This document shows, in pieces, positions 18,126 through 28,330 of a stretch of 64,000 nt of DNA; the stretch's first letter is position 1; every line of letters starts with the position of its first letter. The position numbers and the translations under genes are program-made. The stretch comes from an uncultured virus (IMG/VR IMGVR_UViG_3300028835_002692) (Duplodnaviria; Heunggongvirae; Uroviricota; Caudoviricetes): IMG/VR virus record IMGVR_UViG_3300028835_002692; one strand, 5' to 3'. The notes below the pieces were generated by a model. That model was not told where the DNA came from and searched no databases. It saw nothing but the letters and a program-made list of their open reading frames with translations.

Positions 18126-18922
18126 TGGCACAAGAGAGAAAAGTTCGCCAAGTCATGACCGATGCCGGCCTCTATAAGGAAGGCACCAAGGAGACGCTCC
18201 GCACGGACTACATCGCCGAAGAGGACGTCACCATCGCCGGGAAGAGCTACACTCTTTCCAAGATCTCCTTCCTCGATGCCAAGATCTTCACCGATGAGCT
18301 GGACACCATCCTGATTCAGCAAAACCCGCTTATCCACGGAATCTACGCCAAGAACGCCGTGACCCTCTTCGACGCTGTCCGCATGGTCAACGTCAACTCC
18401 AAACAGGGATTCAAGGGCGCCCTGGCCAGCGGTAATGAGCTGGACTTCACCCTCATGATGGCCCGCCAGTTCCAGGACCCCGATGTGGCCAAGGTAGCAA
18501 ATGGTCCCCGCCGTCCACATTGGGTAAGAACCATCACCGCCGCCATGGTCACCGCTCTCAGCACCTCGTACTTCGAGGACAGAGCCGCTGCTGCGCGTGC
18601 TGTGCCCCCCGGTGAGCAGACCATGGGCGAGGAAGAGGGGATGGTGTGGACGGCCTTCTACAACCCGGCCCAAGTCCCATGTGTCGACGCCTTCCAGATC
18701 ACGATGAATACCGAACCCTTTGATATCCAGTCCCTGGACTTCGACCAGGTGCATCTCCAGACGGGTGACGTTATCATCGAATTCAAGGAGCCGTGGACTC
18801 TGCCACCCGAGCAGAGCGGCCTGATCAACGTCTCCTACTTCCAGCAAGGGACGGATGAGATGAGGCCACTGGGCATCTGGGTCAAGATGGCCAAGAACCT
18901 GAGAAACCTCACCGCACCGTAA
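18125..18922 (+). CDS. candidate major capsid protein (helical N-domain plus beta-rich jelly-roll-like C-domain)
   Basis: 265 aa; strongly C-ending codons suggest high expression; FKGALASGNELDF..MRPLGIWV recalls single-jelly-roll MCPs (from memory, unverified). Confidence 0.5.
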   Translation: MAQERKVRQVMTDAGLYKEGTKETLRTDYIAEEDVTIAGKSYTLSKISFLDAKIFTDELDTILIQQNPLIHGIYAKNAVTLFDAVRMVNVNSKQGFKGALASGNELDFTLMMARQFQDPDVAKVANGPRRPHWVRTITAAMVTALSTSYFEDRAAAARAVPPGEQTMGEEEGMVWTAFYNPAQVPCVDAFQITMNTEPFDIQSLDFDQVHLQTGDVIIEFKEPWTLPPEQSGLINVSYFQQGTDEMRPLGIWVKMAKNLRNLTAP

Positions 18923-19031
18923 CGAGTGGTGAACCTACCGCCGGCTGTCGGAAGGTGACGCCCCCGCGCTGCTGGTTTTCCAGCGTGAGTCGAGGTGGGG
19001 AAACAGCCAAATTTAATCTCGGAGGAAGACC

Positions 19032-19877
19032 GTGAGAAAGCAACTCTTATACGCCCGGAGGCTACACGGGGACATTGGTCCCCTCAATACCGACCCAGTA
19101 ACAAACCTGCCCGGCCGCATTATAGCACCAGCCGTTTCTATCGACGGCGTCTACCAGGACTACGACGAGGCAAGCGACACCCAGCACTACACCATCGGCT
19201 CCCGTATGCAAGTGGATGACAGGGTGTACCACTACGGTAGCGCCGGTGCTGTCCTCAATCCTGGCTACGGGGCGAAGCAAGTCCTCCCCCAGCACGTTGC
19301 CTTTGCCGCCCTTCCCACTGCTCTTACTCTAGCGGGCTCTTACACCATTATCGTAACCGTGGGAGGCGGCGATGGTGTCCTCGGCGATGGCGTAATCGGT
19401 GAGGATGAGTTGGCCGGGGGCTATATTGTCATCTTTATGCCTGGTAACAACGCTATCAACCGCCGGGTAGTTCACAATACCGAAGTTGACGGCCCTAACC
19501 CGATGACGGTGACGATGGACAGACCTCTCCCCGTTGATGTGGCGAACACCGAGCACGCCGAACTGATGGCCAGCCCTTACCTGCTTGTTCAGACCGGCAA
19601 CTTCCCAGTGGCGTCGGTTATGGGGATGCCACAACAGATTGCAACCCTCGGCCAGTTTATCTGGCTCCAGACCTGGGGGCCGACCTGGGTAGTGCCAGGA
19701 GGGGCCTGGATTGGAAACGACAATAGATGGGCCGTGTTCCTTGGGAATGGCTCAATCCAGGAGTATACGTGGGGTGATGGCCTGGTGCAACGAGCCCAGC
19801 TAGCAGGTTTTATCCTGTGCAATGGGCAAGCTGGCGCTGCGGGGGCGCCCTTCCTCCAGCTCATGCTAGCTCCATAG
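19032..19877 (+). CDS. Gly-rich beta-structured virion/cement-like protein
   Basis: DRVYHY..GQFIWLQTWGP pattern seen in viral structural proteins. Confidence 0.55.
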   Translation: MRKQLLYARRLHGDIGPLNTDPVTNLPGRIIAPAVSIDGVYQDYDEASDTQHYTIGSRMQVDDRVYHYGSAGAVLNPGYGAKQVLPQHVAFAALPTALTLAGSYTIIVTVGGGDGVLGDGVIGEDELAGGYIVIFMPGNNAINRRVVHNTEVDGPNPMTVTMDRPLPVDVANTEHAELMASPYLLVQTGNFPVASVMGMPQQIATLGQFIWLQTWGPTWVVPGGAWIGNDNRWAVFLGNGSIQEYTWGDGLVQRAQLAGFILCNGQAGAAGAPFLQLMLAP

Positions 19878-19902
19878 GGAGACCATTATCCATGGAAGGA
19901 GT

Positions 19903-20127
19903 ATGAATATGAACCTGAAGGGAAAGAGAGCTGCTGAGATAGAAGAAACCGTCAAGCGCCGCAGGGAATACCTTGCCGGCAACGCACCACCAGGTATGGG
20001 CACTCAGCCAACCGAGCCACCAGAGCCAGTCGAGCCAACAGAGCCAGTCGAGCCAACCGAACCCGTTGAGCCCACGGAGCCAGCCGAGCCCACGGAGCCA
20101 GTCGAGCCAACAGAGCCAACCGAATAG
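19903..20127 (+). CDS. small protein with (PTEPVE)n repeats
   Basis: Tandem 18-bp coding repeats at about 20008-20123. Confidence 0.6.
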   Translation: MNMNLKGKRAAEIEETVKRRREYLAGNAPPGMGTQPTEPPEPVEPTEPVEPTEPVEPTEPAEPTEPVEPTEPTE

Positions 20128-20188
20128 CTGACCCAATAGAATAAAACATTGCTCTCTCTGGAGAGGAGAGAGGCAAAGGAGGTGAGCG

Positions 20189-20845
20189 ATGTTAGAGCTC
20201 CAACCGAAACCGCAGTTTTCGGTGGTTATCCCGCCGAAGCTGCTGCAGGAAGGGTATCTGGTCACATTCTCGAGTGACTGGCCCTCCACCCATGTCGCTA
20301 TCCGTGAGAAGACCTTCCGTATCGATGCGGTCAACCAGGTTCCCTATGACCTGTCCTACATCCTCCCGGAAGGGACCGTCTTGGGCACTGCGCCTGGCAC
20401 CATCTATCGTGACGTCGACTTGTCCAACGGTACAGGCACCTTCAATGAGAGCATCTACCCGGAGAATCAGAACTCGCTCTTCGAGGTGCTGGTCGGGTTC
20501 AAGCCCGGTAATTTCATCTCACACTGGTATATCCCGGCGGGTAAGACTGTCCACAACCTGGAGTATGCTCAGATGTATCCCGACCTGACCAATACGAAGC
20601 GGCAGTACCTGGGTGCCCGTCAGCCGAAGGACAGCCCCTACGAAGACCCACGCATCAAGCTCTACCTCGTCAAGGACCTGGCCCCCCTGATCATGAGGCT
20701 GTATGTCCTTCCCGGTGTGCTATGGGAGAAGATTGTCGTAGGTCTAACGATCAACAAGTGCCACATGAGGGAACTTGAAGCGCCGACCGACGAGCAGTTG
20801 CTCAAGGCAAAAGTCATCAGATATTACGACTATCTGAGGTGGTAA
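20189..20845 (+). CDS. candidate second capsid/penton-type beta protein
   Basis: Beta-rich, C-ending codons, structural operon. Confidence 0.45.
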   Translation: MLELQPKPQFSVVIPPKLLQEGYLVTFSSDWPSTHVAIREKTFRIDAVNQVPYDLSYILPEGTVLGTAPGTIYRDVDLSNGTGTFNESIYPENQNSLFEVLVGFKPGNFISHWYIPAGKTVHNLEYAQMYPDLTNTKRQYLGARQPKDSPYEDPRIKLYLVKDLAPLIMRLYVLPGVLWEKIVVGLTINKCHMRELEAPTDEQLLKAKVIRYYDYLRW

Positions 20846-20855
20846 GGAGATAGAA

Positions 20856-21200
20856 ATGCCAAGTGTAGTTATCGATGGAGTACTTATGGCCGCCCAGACT
20901 GTAGCTGCTGAGAGAGAGAACGCCGTCGTCCAGGCCAAGTCCCTTACGATTGACAACCAGGTAGGCGCTGGTGACTGTGAAATCGCTATTCAGGATAGCT
21001 TCGCCGAATCGGCCTACTATAACAACACCACCCTCACCGCGCGTGTGGTTAATCGATTCAAGGCCACTGTCCAGGCAGGTGATATAATCACCTGGGGAGA
21101 AGAGGACCTCAAGGGAGTGAAGTGCCTGGGTGCCATGCTGGTCGACTCCGACGTGGACAAAGCGGCCTGCCTCGTCACGGTGGGCTATGAACACGAGTAA
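20856..21200 (+). CDS. small beta-rich putative structural protein
   Basis: RBS; operon context. Confidence 0.6.
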   Translation: MPSVVIDGVLMAAQTVAAERENAVVQAKSLTIDNQVGAGDCEIAIQDSFAESAYYNNTTLTARVVNRFKATVQAGDIITWGEEDLKGVKCLGAMLVDSDVDKAACLVTVGYEHE

Positions 21201-21214
21201 AGGAGATCTGACCT

Positions 21215-21751
21215 ATGGTAATGGAAGCAACGGGTACCATCCAGCAGCTGGTACCGGGGGTAGAGCAGATTGTTGATGGTGAGCCTCAGCTGCCATCCCG
21301 CCCCAGCTCTCCTCTGGTAGAAATAGAACAGCCTGAGAAGCGCGAGTCTCCTATGCCGGTGGCGCCAAGGCCACCTCTGCCGTCTACCGAGCAGATAGCA
21401 GAGCAGCAGGCTTACCAGCAGCTATACGGCGGGCCGGTCCTGAAACTTAACCGCTACTCTGGCACCGATCAGGATTGGGTTGAGTTGGTGCGCTGGGATA
21501 TCCCCATAGGCTACACCGGTGACCTGCACGAGATTTCCTTTGTCTCCTCTAACGACGTAAAGACCAGGTACCGGATTTTCCTGGTCAACGTTGACCAGCG
21601 TATCCCGACGGACCGCCAGACCATAACGCCGCAAACCTTCAAATGGGACCGCACCGTGCTGCCTGGTGGGTATGCGGTATGGGTTGAAGTCAGGTCAACG
21701 GATGGTACCTCTATTACCGTGGACGGCTCGATCACAGGCACAGTGAGGTAA
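21215..21751 (+). CDS. putative structural protein
   Basis: Pro-rich N-terminus, beta-sandwich-like C-terminus. Confidence 0.6.
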   Translation: MVMEATGTIQQLVPGVEQIVDGEPQLPSRPSSPLVEIEQPEKRESPMPVAPRPPLPSTEQIAEQQAYQQLYGGPVLKLNRYSGTDQDWVELVRWDIPIGYTGDLHEISFVSSNDVKTRYRIFLVNVDQRIPTDRQTITPQTFKWDRTVLPGGYAVWVEVRSTDGTSITVDGSITGTVR

Positions 21752-21766
21752 AGGAGAGCTGGAGAG

Positions 21767-24037
21767 ATGGCTGTAAACGTACCTGGCTTTAGCCTTTCTA
21801 TACTGAGGCAGCAGACTTCCGTAAGGGCGGGATTGCCCCTGCTCATGAGCGGAAGGTTCACCGCCTTTGGGCTAGGTGTGCCTGCCTATATCCGTGTCTT
21901 CCTTGAGGGCCCGACTTATGATCCCCAGATCCGCTCCTTCGATACCTTCGCCTCTCCCTTTTCCGGGGACTACTCCGTGAACGTCATCGCCGAGAAGGAT
22001 GGCCAGTACAACGTCTACGCCCAGGCTTCCCCGCCACCGATTGTGCCGACTGGTCCTCCTTTCCCGGAGGCCATACTCCTTTTACCGCCTATGGCTGAGT
22101 CAACCAGGCCGCCGCTGGTAGTCGGAAGATCCTTCAACGGGGGCGTTGAGGCTCTACTGCCGGACGGTACGAGGGCGCGTTTAGAAGCACCGCCCATGCA
22201 GCCTATTGAGTTCAGGCCGCTTATTACCGTTGGAGCTCCCGGGGTAACCATTACCATGCCTGGGGTAGCTGCACCGCCAAGAGCCGCTATTCCGTTCTTC
22301 CCTGCCGTCCCAGGAGCACCAGAAGTGCCAGGCCCGCCTGTGGCTCCGGCCCGAGCTGCCATCGACGATGTCCGATTCATCCCTCCAGCGATTAACCCTG
22401 GGCAGGAAGCCACTGGCGTGATGACCTGGAGGAATACCGGGGATGCTCCCACCTTATTCGATACCGTCTTTTACCTGGTCGCACCCACTGGTGAGCGATA
22501 TGGCCCACTTCAGGTCAACCAAGATATATCAGCCCACCCGCAGGTGCCCAACACCCTGAATATACGCCTCGGCACACAGGGGATGCCATCCGGTTTCTAC
22601 TCGGTAACCGCTGAGGTCTATGACTCGGCGACCGGGGCCCTGGTAGCTGCTCGGACGCTTTCAGCTCGTCTGCAAATCAGTGAAATCGTAGCTCCTCCCG
22701 TACCAGTGCCGCCGCCACCTGCTCCACCGGCGCTACCACCTGCTCTCCCAGCTCCCCCAGCGCCACCAGCACCGCCGGCACTACCCTCTGCGCAGATGCT
22801 GGGGCAACCGGTTCTTAACCTACCTCGCCAGCTAACGGTCGGAGAGGTGTGGTCAGGCTCCATTTCACTGCCGACCTTCGGGCCTGCCCCCTATTTCCTT
22901 ACCACCCGCCTACTGCTTGAAGACCCTCAAGGCTATGAAATACCGGTGGCAGAGGTAGCTCGGACAATTCAGCCCAGCGAAACCATCCAGATACCCGTCA
23001 ACTTGAACACTTCAGGGTACACCCCAGGTGACTACACCATAATCCTGGGGGTTCTGGACCAGATGGGTACAATGATTCATCAATTCGCTTTAGGACTGCT
23101 TTCCTTGCTTGCAGCAATCCCTATACCCGAAGTTCTCACCGCCGATATATTTGAAACACCACAGCTGAGTGCCCCCAGCCAGGTGACGTTGGGAGATATC
23201 TGGTCAGGTAATATCAGTATCCCCACTATCGCCCCACCTGGCGTGCCACCTGCCCCACCTGGCGTGCCACCTGCCCCACCTGGCGTGCCACCTGCTGCAA
23301 CCCCTATCGGTATCAGCCTGCAACTGGAGGACCCACGTGGAACTCGCTGGTGGGTTTCATCTCTGTCCAAAACCTTTACCCCGGGCCAGCCGCTTTCCTA
23401 CCCGATAAACTTCAACACCGGGCAGGACTATGATGGATACGGCCTGTCTCCCGGATGGCACAATATTCTCTTGACCATATCCGATGCCACAGGTAATATT
23501 ATTCTAGAGCAGATTGTCGGCCCACTTAACCTATTGCCTCTTCCAGAGATACCGGCACCGCCAGCACCCCCACCGGCACCGCCGCCACCTGCTCCGCCGG
23601 CACCACCGCCGATACCGGCACCGCCGCCACCTGCTCCGCCTGTGCCACCGCCCCCAGAACCGGAACCGCCGCCACCTGAGGTGGCTCCGTTCGTAAACTC
23701 AGTGACTACCCGCGGCTTCTACTCCGGGGTGGTTTGGGGTGACCGTTGGACAGGTGAAATCTATATCGGCATCACATCTTCAAGTGAAAACCTCCTTACC
23801 GCTGCCCTCTTCCTTGAGAGGCAGGGGAGGCTCTGGTATGTTGCCTCTACTCAAGAGTGGGTACCGCCCAATGGTACCCTCCCCTTGATGATAGACTTCC
23901 ATACCGGGCAGGCTGTTAACGGGGAACTCCTTGAGACAGGAACCTATAACGTCCTTCTGGACGTCCGTGATGCCCAAAGAAATATTATATATAGTCAGGT
24001 CATCAGAACACTAGATATCTACCTACCGGAGCTCTAA
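21767..24037 (+). CDS. large Pro-rich protein with repeated Ig-like domains (spike/adhesin candidate)
   Basis: 3-4 repeats of GxxWSG.I...PGxYxI domains joined by poly-Pro linkers; 21-bp tandem repeat at 23231-23293. Confidence 0.7.
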   Translation: MAVNVPGFSLSILRQQTSVRAGLPLLMSGRFTAFGLGVPAYIRVFLEGPTYDPQIRSFDTFASPFSGDYSVNVIAEKDGQYNVYAQASPPPIVPTGPPFPEAILLLPPMAESTRPPLVVGRSFNGGVEALLPDGTRARLEAPPMQPIEFRPLITVGAPGVTITMPGVAAPPRAAIPFFPAVPGAPEVPGPPVAPARAAIDDVRFIPPAINPGQEATGVMTWRNTGDAPTLFDTVFYLVAPTGERYGPLQVNQDISAHPQVPNTLNIRLGTQGMPSGFYSVTAEVYDSATGALVAARTLSARLQISEIVAPPVPVPPPPAPPALPPALPAPPAPPAPPALPSAQMLGQPVLNLPRQLTVGEVWSGSISLPTFGPAPYFLTTRLLLEDPQGYEIPVAEVARTIQPSETIQIPVNLNTSGYTPGDYTIILGVLDQMGTMIHQFALGLLSLLAAIPIPEVLTADIFETPQLSAPSQVTLGDIWSGNISIPTIAPPGVPPAPPGVPPAPPGVPPAATPIGISLQLEDPRGTRWWVSSLSKTFTPGQPLSYPINFNTGQDYDGYGLSPGWHNILLTISDATGNIILEQIVGPLNLLPLPEIPAPPAPPPAPPPPAPPAPPPIPAPPPPAPPVPPPPEPEPPPPEVAPFVNSVTTRGFYSGVVWGDRWTGEIYIGITSSSENLLTAALFLERQGRLWYVASTQEWVPPNGTLPLMIDFHTGQAVNGELLETGTYNVLLDVRDAQRNIIYSQVIRTLDIYLPEL

Positions 24038-24038
24038 T

Positions 24039-24512
24039 ATGGAAGCATTGGCCAGTATTGTAGGTGCCATCTCAGGGTGCATTTCTCTGCTCGGGATAGT
24101 CTACTTCTTCGCAGTGTGGCGAGGAAAGGTTGACACCGATCTAAACTCATTTAAGCAGAGTATTAAGAACTACCCGCCGGCCGAGATGTGGACCATGGTC
24201 AAGACCCTGTGGGAAGTCTACGTATTGGAGGCCCTTCGCCTCCGTCCCGACCTGGCCAGTCAAGGCAGCAGCTATAAGCTCAAGAAAGAAGCCGAAGACC
24301 TGATCCCCGACCAGCTCAAGAAGGCTTTAGATAACATCCCGCTAAACCCCGCCGCTAACACCAACCAGATAGCCTCCGGCTGGCTGGTGGTCAAGCACCT
24401 CGGACTGGAGCAGATTCAGGATATGGCCGGAGAGAAAGGGCTCAACGTTCAAGAGGCTATCGCCATCCTGTCCACCTATCTTGAGGAGCGGCGGGAGAGA
24501 ATCGGCCGGTAA
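24039..24512 (+). CDS. N-terminally membrane-anchored protein
   Basis: N-terminal TM segment. Confidence 0.65.
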   Translation: MEALASIVGAISGCISLLGIVYFFAVWRGKVDTDLNSFKQSIKNYPPAEMWTMVKTLWEVYVLEALRLRPDLASQGSSYKLKKEAEDLIPDQLKKALDNIPLNPAANTNQIASGWLVVKHLGLEQIQDMAGEKGLNVQEAIAILSTYLEERRERIGR

Positions 24513-24621
24513 AACTTCCCCAGAAAATTCCCCCCAAAATCGCCAAAAACCTCTTGACAACGGCACCCCCAACCCTTTATTGTTATTATCGTGTCGGTAA
24601 TATTATGAAGGGAGGTGCTGT

Positions 24622-24837
24622 ATGGTAGAACCCCAGCCTACGCATCGCAATGTAATCTGCATCTCAGACATGCCGCCCGACCTGCACCAGTGGGTCAAAG
24701 ATGAAGCCAAGCGCCGCGGTGAAGCAATAGGTAAACGCTACGCCGTGGCGCTTGTCTTTCAGGAGGCGATTGAACTACTAAAGGCGAAGATCAAGAACGA
24801 CCATGAATCGCCGGTGGAGGTGGGGCATGCCGATTAA
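24622..24837 (+). CDS. ribbon-helix-helix-like regulator
   Basis: ISDMPPDLHQWVKDEAKRRG; follows TTGACA at 24554. Confidence 0.6.
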   Translation: MVEPQPTHRNVICISDMPPDLHQWVKDEAKRRGEAIGKRYAVALVFQEAIELLKAKIKNDHESPVEVGHAD

Positions 24838-25861
24838 AGGAGTCTCTAGTGCCCGCAGGATAGACAGGCTCGGCATAATCCGTCTCGGTATCAAGGTTGA
24901 GTCACCCGATAGGTCGCCTTACCCCAAAGCTACCGACTATTTCGTATGCCCGCCAGAGGTTGAGGCGGTCTTTGGTGAGAAGCCCAAAGAACTCGCTATC
25001 ATGTTCCCCTCTGACGATGAAGAGCAGATTGCCCGCCAGTATCTACGCTGCTACGGGCGAACTCACGGCCTGGTGTGCTGGGGTGACGGTGAGAATGGCC
25101 ATCAAAAGACTGATACTCGCACCGGCGCCATGGCTGACCGCAATACAAAGGGCTGGGAATGGCATGACGTAACCTGTAACCCCCAGGACTGCCCGGAGTT
25201 TGGGGCTCGCTGTCGTAAGGTGATGAACCTCCAGTTCATGATGCCCGATGTCCCAGGGATAGGTGTGTGGCAGATTAACACTACCAGCTTCTACTCTATC
25301 CAAAACATAAATACTACCCTAGAGGTCGTCAGGAACCTCACCAAGACCCTGGCATGCCCACAAGGCCGGATATCATGGATACCACTTACCCTCTCTCTCG
25401 GGCCTCAAGTGGTCAGCCCGCCAGAAACCGGCACTAAGACCGTCTATATCATGCACATAAAGTCAAACATTAAGCTGGCTGATATTATCAAGAAGGCTTT
25501 ACTGCCGCCCGGTCGCGTCATAGTCCCAGAGCCGGAGCTTGAAGAGCCTCCTGACGACCTGTACCCTAAAGAGGTTCTGGAGATTGCCGAGGCAGGTACC
25601 CCGGAGCCGGAGCCAGAGCCAGAAGTTGAGGACTTATTCGGCCTCAATGCCGAGAGCCAGGAAGAGTGGGCTGGCATCAGGAAGCTGATGGGCGAAGTCC
25701 ACGTAAACGAGAAAACAGCTAGGAGTTACTTTGCCAATGTCTGTGACGTAAGCGTAACCATAGAGGAGCTCGCTAAGGAAACCGTGCCCCCAGCTCTAAC
25801 CATTCATCACCTGAGAGAATTCCGACAGCGGTTAGAGCAGTCACGAATGAACCTGAAATAA
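24827..25861 (+). CDS. phage Gp3-like (recombination directionality factor-like) protein
   Basis: MPIKG..RLGxIRLG..YPKATDYF; CxGDG; GVWQINTTSFYS. Confidence 0.7.
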   Translation: MPIKGVSSARRIDRLGIIRLGIKVESPDRSPYPKATDYFVCPPEVEAVFGEKPKELAIMFPSDDEEQIARQYLRCYGRTHGLVCWGDGENGHQKTDTRTGAMADRNTKGWEWHDVTCNPQDCPEFGARCRKVMNLQFMMPDVPGIGVWQINTTSFYSIQNINTTLEVVRNLTKTLACPQGRISWIPLTLSLGPQVVSPPETGTKTVYIMHIKSNIKLADIIKKALLPPGRVIVPEPELEEPPDDLYPKEVLEIAEAGTPEPEPEPEVEDLFGLNAESQEEWAGIRKLMGEVHVNEKTARSYFANVCDVSVTIEELAKETVPPALTIHHLREFRQRLEQSRMNLK

Positions 25862-25899
25862 CTCTGCCCGGGTTTTACTTTGTATGAAAGGGGGTACCC

Positions 25900-26604
25900 A
25901 TGGCACAAGAGGCAGCTCCATCCCGCAGTCGTATGTTTCAGGTCGGCGGCAAGCCAATGAAGACCTGGAACTGCTTTGTCGGCTGCCTCTTCGAGTGTAC
26001 CTATTGTAACGCACGTAAGACAGCCCTCACCCGCCTGAAGCACTCACCCCGGTATAAGGACGGCTTCAATCCCCACCTGGTTGAGAATGTGCTGAGCAGG
26101 AAATTCAAGCCAGGTGACTTCGTATTCGTCAGCTACCAGGGGGATATTGCCTTCGCCAGCCGTCCTATCATAGTTGACCTCTGCTGCCGGATCATCGAGC
26201 AACCAGAGGTCAATTTCCTATTCTGCAGCAAGAGCCCTATCAATTACTGGCACTGGCACATTTACTGGCCAGTGAACCTTTACCTGGGCGCCACGATAGA
26301 GACCAACCGGGACTACCATCTCACCCGGGCGCCCGCACCACTGCACCGCTACACGGCGATGCGAGCCTTAGACCATCCCAAGAAGTTCATCAGCATCGAG
26401 CCGGTCTGTGACTTTGACCTGGATGAGATGCTCTCTTGGATGGCAGAGATTAATCCCCAGATTATAGAGGTCGGCGCCGATAACTACCACAACGACCTGC
26501 CGGAGCCGCCCTGGGACAAGGTTGAGAGGCTAATCAAGGGATTGGAGGATATATGCCCCACGGTAGTTAGGAAAGTGGGTTTAGAGAGACTGCGTAACGG
26601 ATAA
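25900..26604 (+). CDS. DUF5131 (gp37/gp68)-like radical-SAM-like protein
   Basis: TWN..GC...CTYCNA; LGATIE; FISIEP. Confidence 0.75.
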   Translation: MAQEAAPSRSRMFQVGGKPMKTWNCFVGCLFECTYCNARKTALTRLKHSPRYKDGFNPHLVENVLSRKFKPGDFVFVSYQGDIAFASRPIIVDLCCRIIEQPEVNFLFCSKSPINYWHWHIYWPVNLYLGATIETNRDYHLTRAPAPLHRYTAMRALDHPKKFISIEPVCDFDLDEMLSWMAEINPQIIEVGADNYHNDLPEPPWDKVERLIKGLEDICPTVVRKVGLERLRNG

Positions 26605-26612
26605 TCCGTTAC
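26594..26612. repeat. second palindrome GTAACGGA-TAA-TCCGTTAC
   Basis: Also at 27008-27026, 27087-27108 (longer spacer), 28298-28316 and 31816-31834. Confidence 0.85.
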
Positions 26613-26626
26613 AGGCGAGAGGATAA

Positions 26627-27478
26627 ATGGCCAGACCCAAACCGTGGTTAAAGATGTGGGTCACGTGGATTCATGACCCCAAAATGCTTAACCTTACCCT
26701 GGCTGAACAGGGAGCCTGGTGGCGTCTGCTTGCCCTTGCCCAGGAGTGCGGGGCCGACGGCGATATCGTCAAAGGCAACGGAGCCTCTATGTCTCTCGAT
26801 GAAATTGCCATATGTATTCACCTAACCCGTAAACGAGACCGTGCTGACTTTAACTCCATGATTGAAAAGATGATTGGCCTGAGTAGCCTGCATTGGAACC
26901 ATGACACCCTCATCGTTACTCACTTCGCTGACCGCCAAGCTCAGGTTCCCTCGGACGCTAGAGAGGCTGTAAGGGGGAGAGTCCGGGACCACCGAGAGCG
27001 AAAGCGTGTAACGGAAAACCCGTTACCCCCCTTAACAACCCCCGTTAATAATACTATAGAGGGAGAGGAAGAGGAAGATATAGAGGGTAACGGCAGGAAA
27101 TCCGTTACATCTGACTCTGTATGTGCCGCAATTAGCCAACTTTACTCGGAAAATATTGGCTACATAAAACCAGCTTTAGCTGAAGAAATTAGAGACTTCT
27201 GTGAAAAGTACCGTGGGCCGGTTAGTTGGATTAAGCCAGCTTTCAAAGAGGCAATTAATCGCAATAAGAAAAGCTGGCACTATGTTCGTACCATACTTGA
27301 AGACTGGGAAGAAAAAGGAGGACCAGACGATGAATCAAAGGGGCAGCGAGGAGCCAGAGGTAAGCAAGTTGGGAATGGAGCCGGTAGGGGACATCCTCCA
27401 CCGGGTGCAAGGGAATCGGGGTGGAAAGATGTTGGGTCAGACGAACCCGACCCAGCCCAAGCAGGAGACCAGAGCTGA
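26627..27478 (+). CDS. replication initiator (replisome-organizer N-terminus, DnaD-like C-domain)
   Basis: PWLKMW..DPKM N-terminus; SWHYVRTILEDW (YxxxILxxW); next to DnaC. Confidence 0.8.
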   Translation: MARPKPWLKMWVTWIHDPKMLNLTLAEQGAWWRLLALAQECGADGDIVKGNGASMSLDEIAICIHLTRKRDRADFNSMIEKMIGLSSLHWNHDTLIVTHFADRQAQVPSDAREAVRGRVRDHRERKRVTENPLPPLTTPVNNTIEGEEEEDIEGNGRKSVTSDSVCAAISQLYSENIGYIKPALAEEIRDFCEKYRGPVSWIKPAFKEAINRNKKSWHYVRTILEDWEEKGGPDDESKGQRGARGKQVGNGAGRGHPPPGARESGWKDVGSDEPDPAQAGDQS

Positions 27479-28295
27479 GGAGTGCGAGTGCGAAACCTGC
27501 CACGAGAAATTTCCGGGCGAGGTTACAATCTACCACTTCACCCACCCGCCGCGAGAGTTGAGGTCTACGGAGTGCCCCAAGTGCCGGCAGGCCCGTGAGG
27601 AAGAAGACTGCCGGCTGGAAGAGGAAGAGAATGAGGTGCGCCGGGTCGCCATCAGGGGAAAGTGGAGGAAAGAGTGCGGTTTGCCCGTCGGGCTGCTATG
27701 CACCAGGTTCGATGACTTCGAGCCAGCCTACCAGCGGACACCGCTTAAGCTATGCCAGGAGTATGCCAAGAATTTCAACGTGGAAAACCCCCAGGGGATG
27801 CTCTCACTTCTCATGTACTCATCTTTGCCTGGCGTGGGCAAGACCACCCTGATGGTGTGTATCGCCAACTATATCATAGAAAACTGGCGGGGCGATCCCC
27901 ATGACACCACCTGCCCTATCCGCTTTGAGAGCGGCCCGGGCTTGGTCAGACGAATCCGGGCTACCTATAACCTGGGGCCGGAGAGAGGCCACCACGAGCG
28001 GGAGGAGGATGTTTACGCCGAGCTCCGGGGGGTCAATCTCTTAATGCTGGATGATGTCGGCAAAGAGCAGCCCCAATCCTACCGGTTCACCCAGGAAGTC
28101 TACTGGTATATAATTGATGAGAGGGTGAAGGCTGGCCTGCCGGTAGTTATCAGCTCAAAGCTGGAGATGACCGGCCCTGGCTCCCTGGAGGAGTTGATGA
28201 CCGTGGATGCCGTTGACCGCCTCTTCGGTATGTGCCGTGGGCAGAGGGTGAATTTGGGAGGCACCAGCTACCGCAGGCGGAAATTGATACCCTAG
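27330..28295 (+). CDS. DnaC/IstB-like helicase-loader ATPase
   Basis: Zn motifs; PGVGKT; LLMLDDVGKE; start at 27330 with AGGAGGA RBS. Confidence 0.85.
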   Translation: MNQRGSEEPEVSKLGMEPVGDILHRVQGNRGGKMLGQTNPTQPKQETRAEECECETCHEKFPGEVTIYHFTHPPRELRSTECPKCRQAREEEDCRLEEEENEVRRVAIRGKWRKECGLPVGLLCTRFDDFEPAYQRTPLKLCQEYAKNFNVENPQGMLSLLMYSSLPGVGKTTLMVCIANYIIENWRGDPHDTTCPIRFESGPGLVRRIRATYNLGPERGHHEREEDVYAELRGVNLLMLDDVGKEQPQSYRFTQEVYWYIIDERVKAGLPVVISSKLEMTGPGSLEELMTVDAVDRLFGMCRGQRVNLGGTSYRRRKLIP

Positions 28296-28297
28296 AT

Positions 28298-28316
28298 GTA
28301 ACGGAATATCCGTTAC
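28298..28316. repeat. second palindrome GTAACGGA-ATA-TCCGTTAC
   Basis: Intergenic, right after the dnaC-like stop. Confidence 0.85.
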
Positions 28317-28330
28317 ATGGGAGGCGCTAA

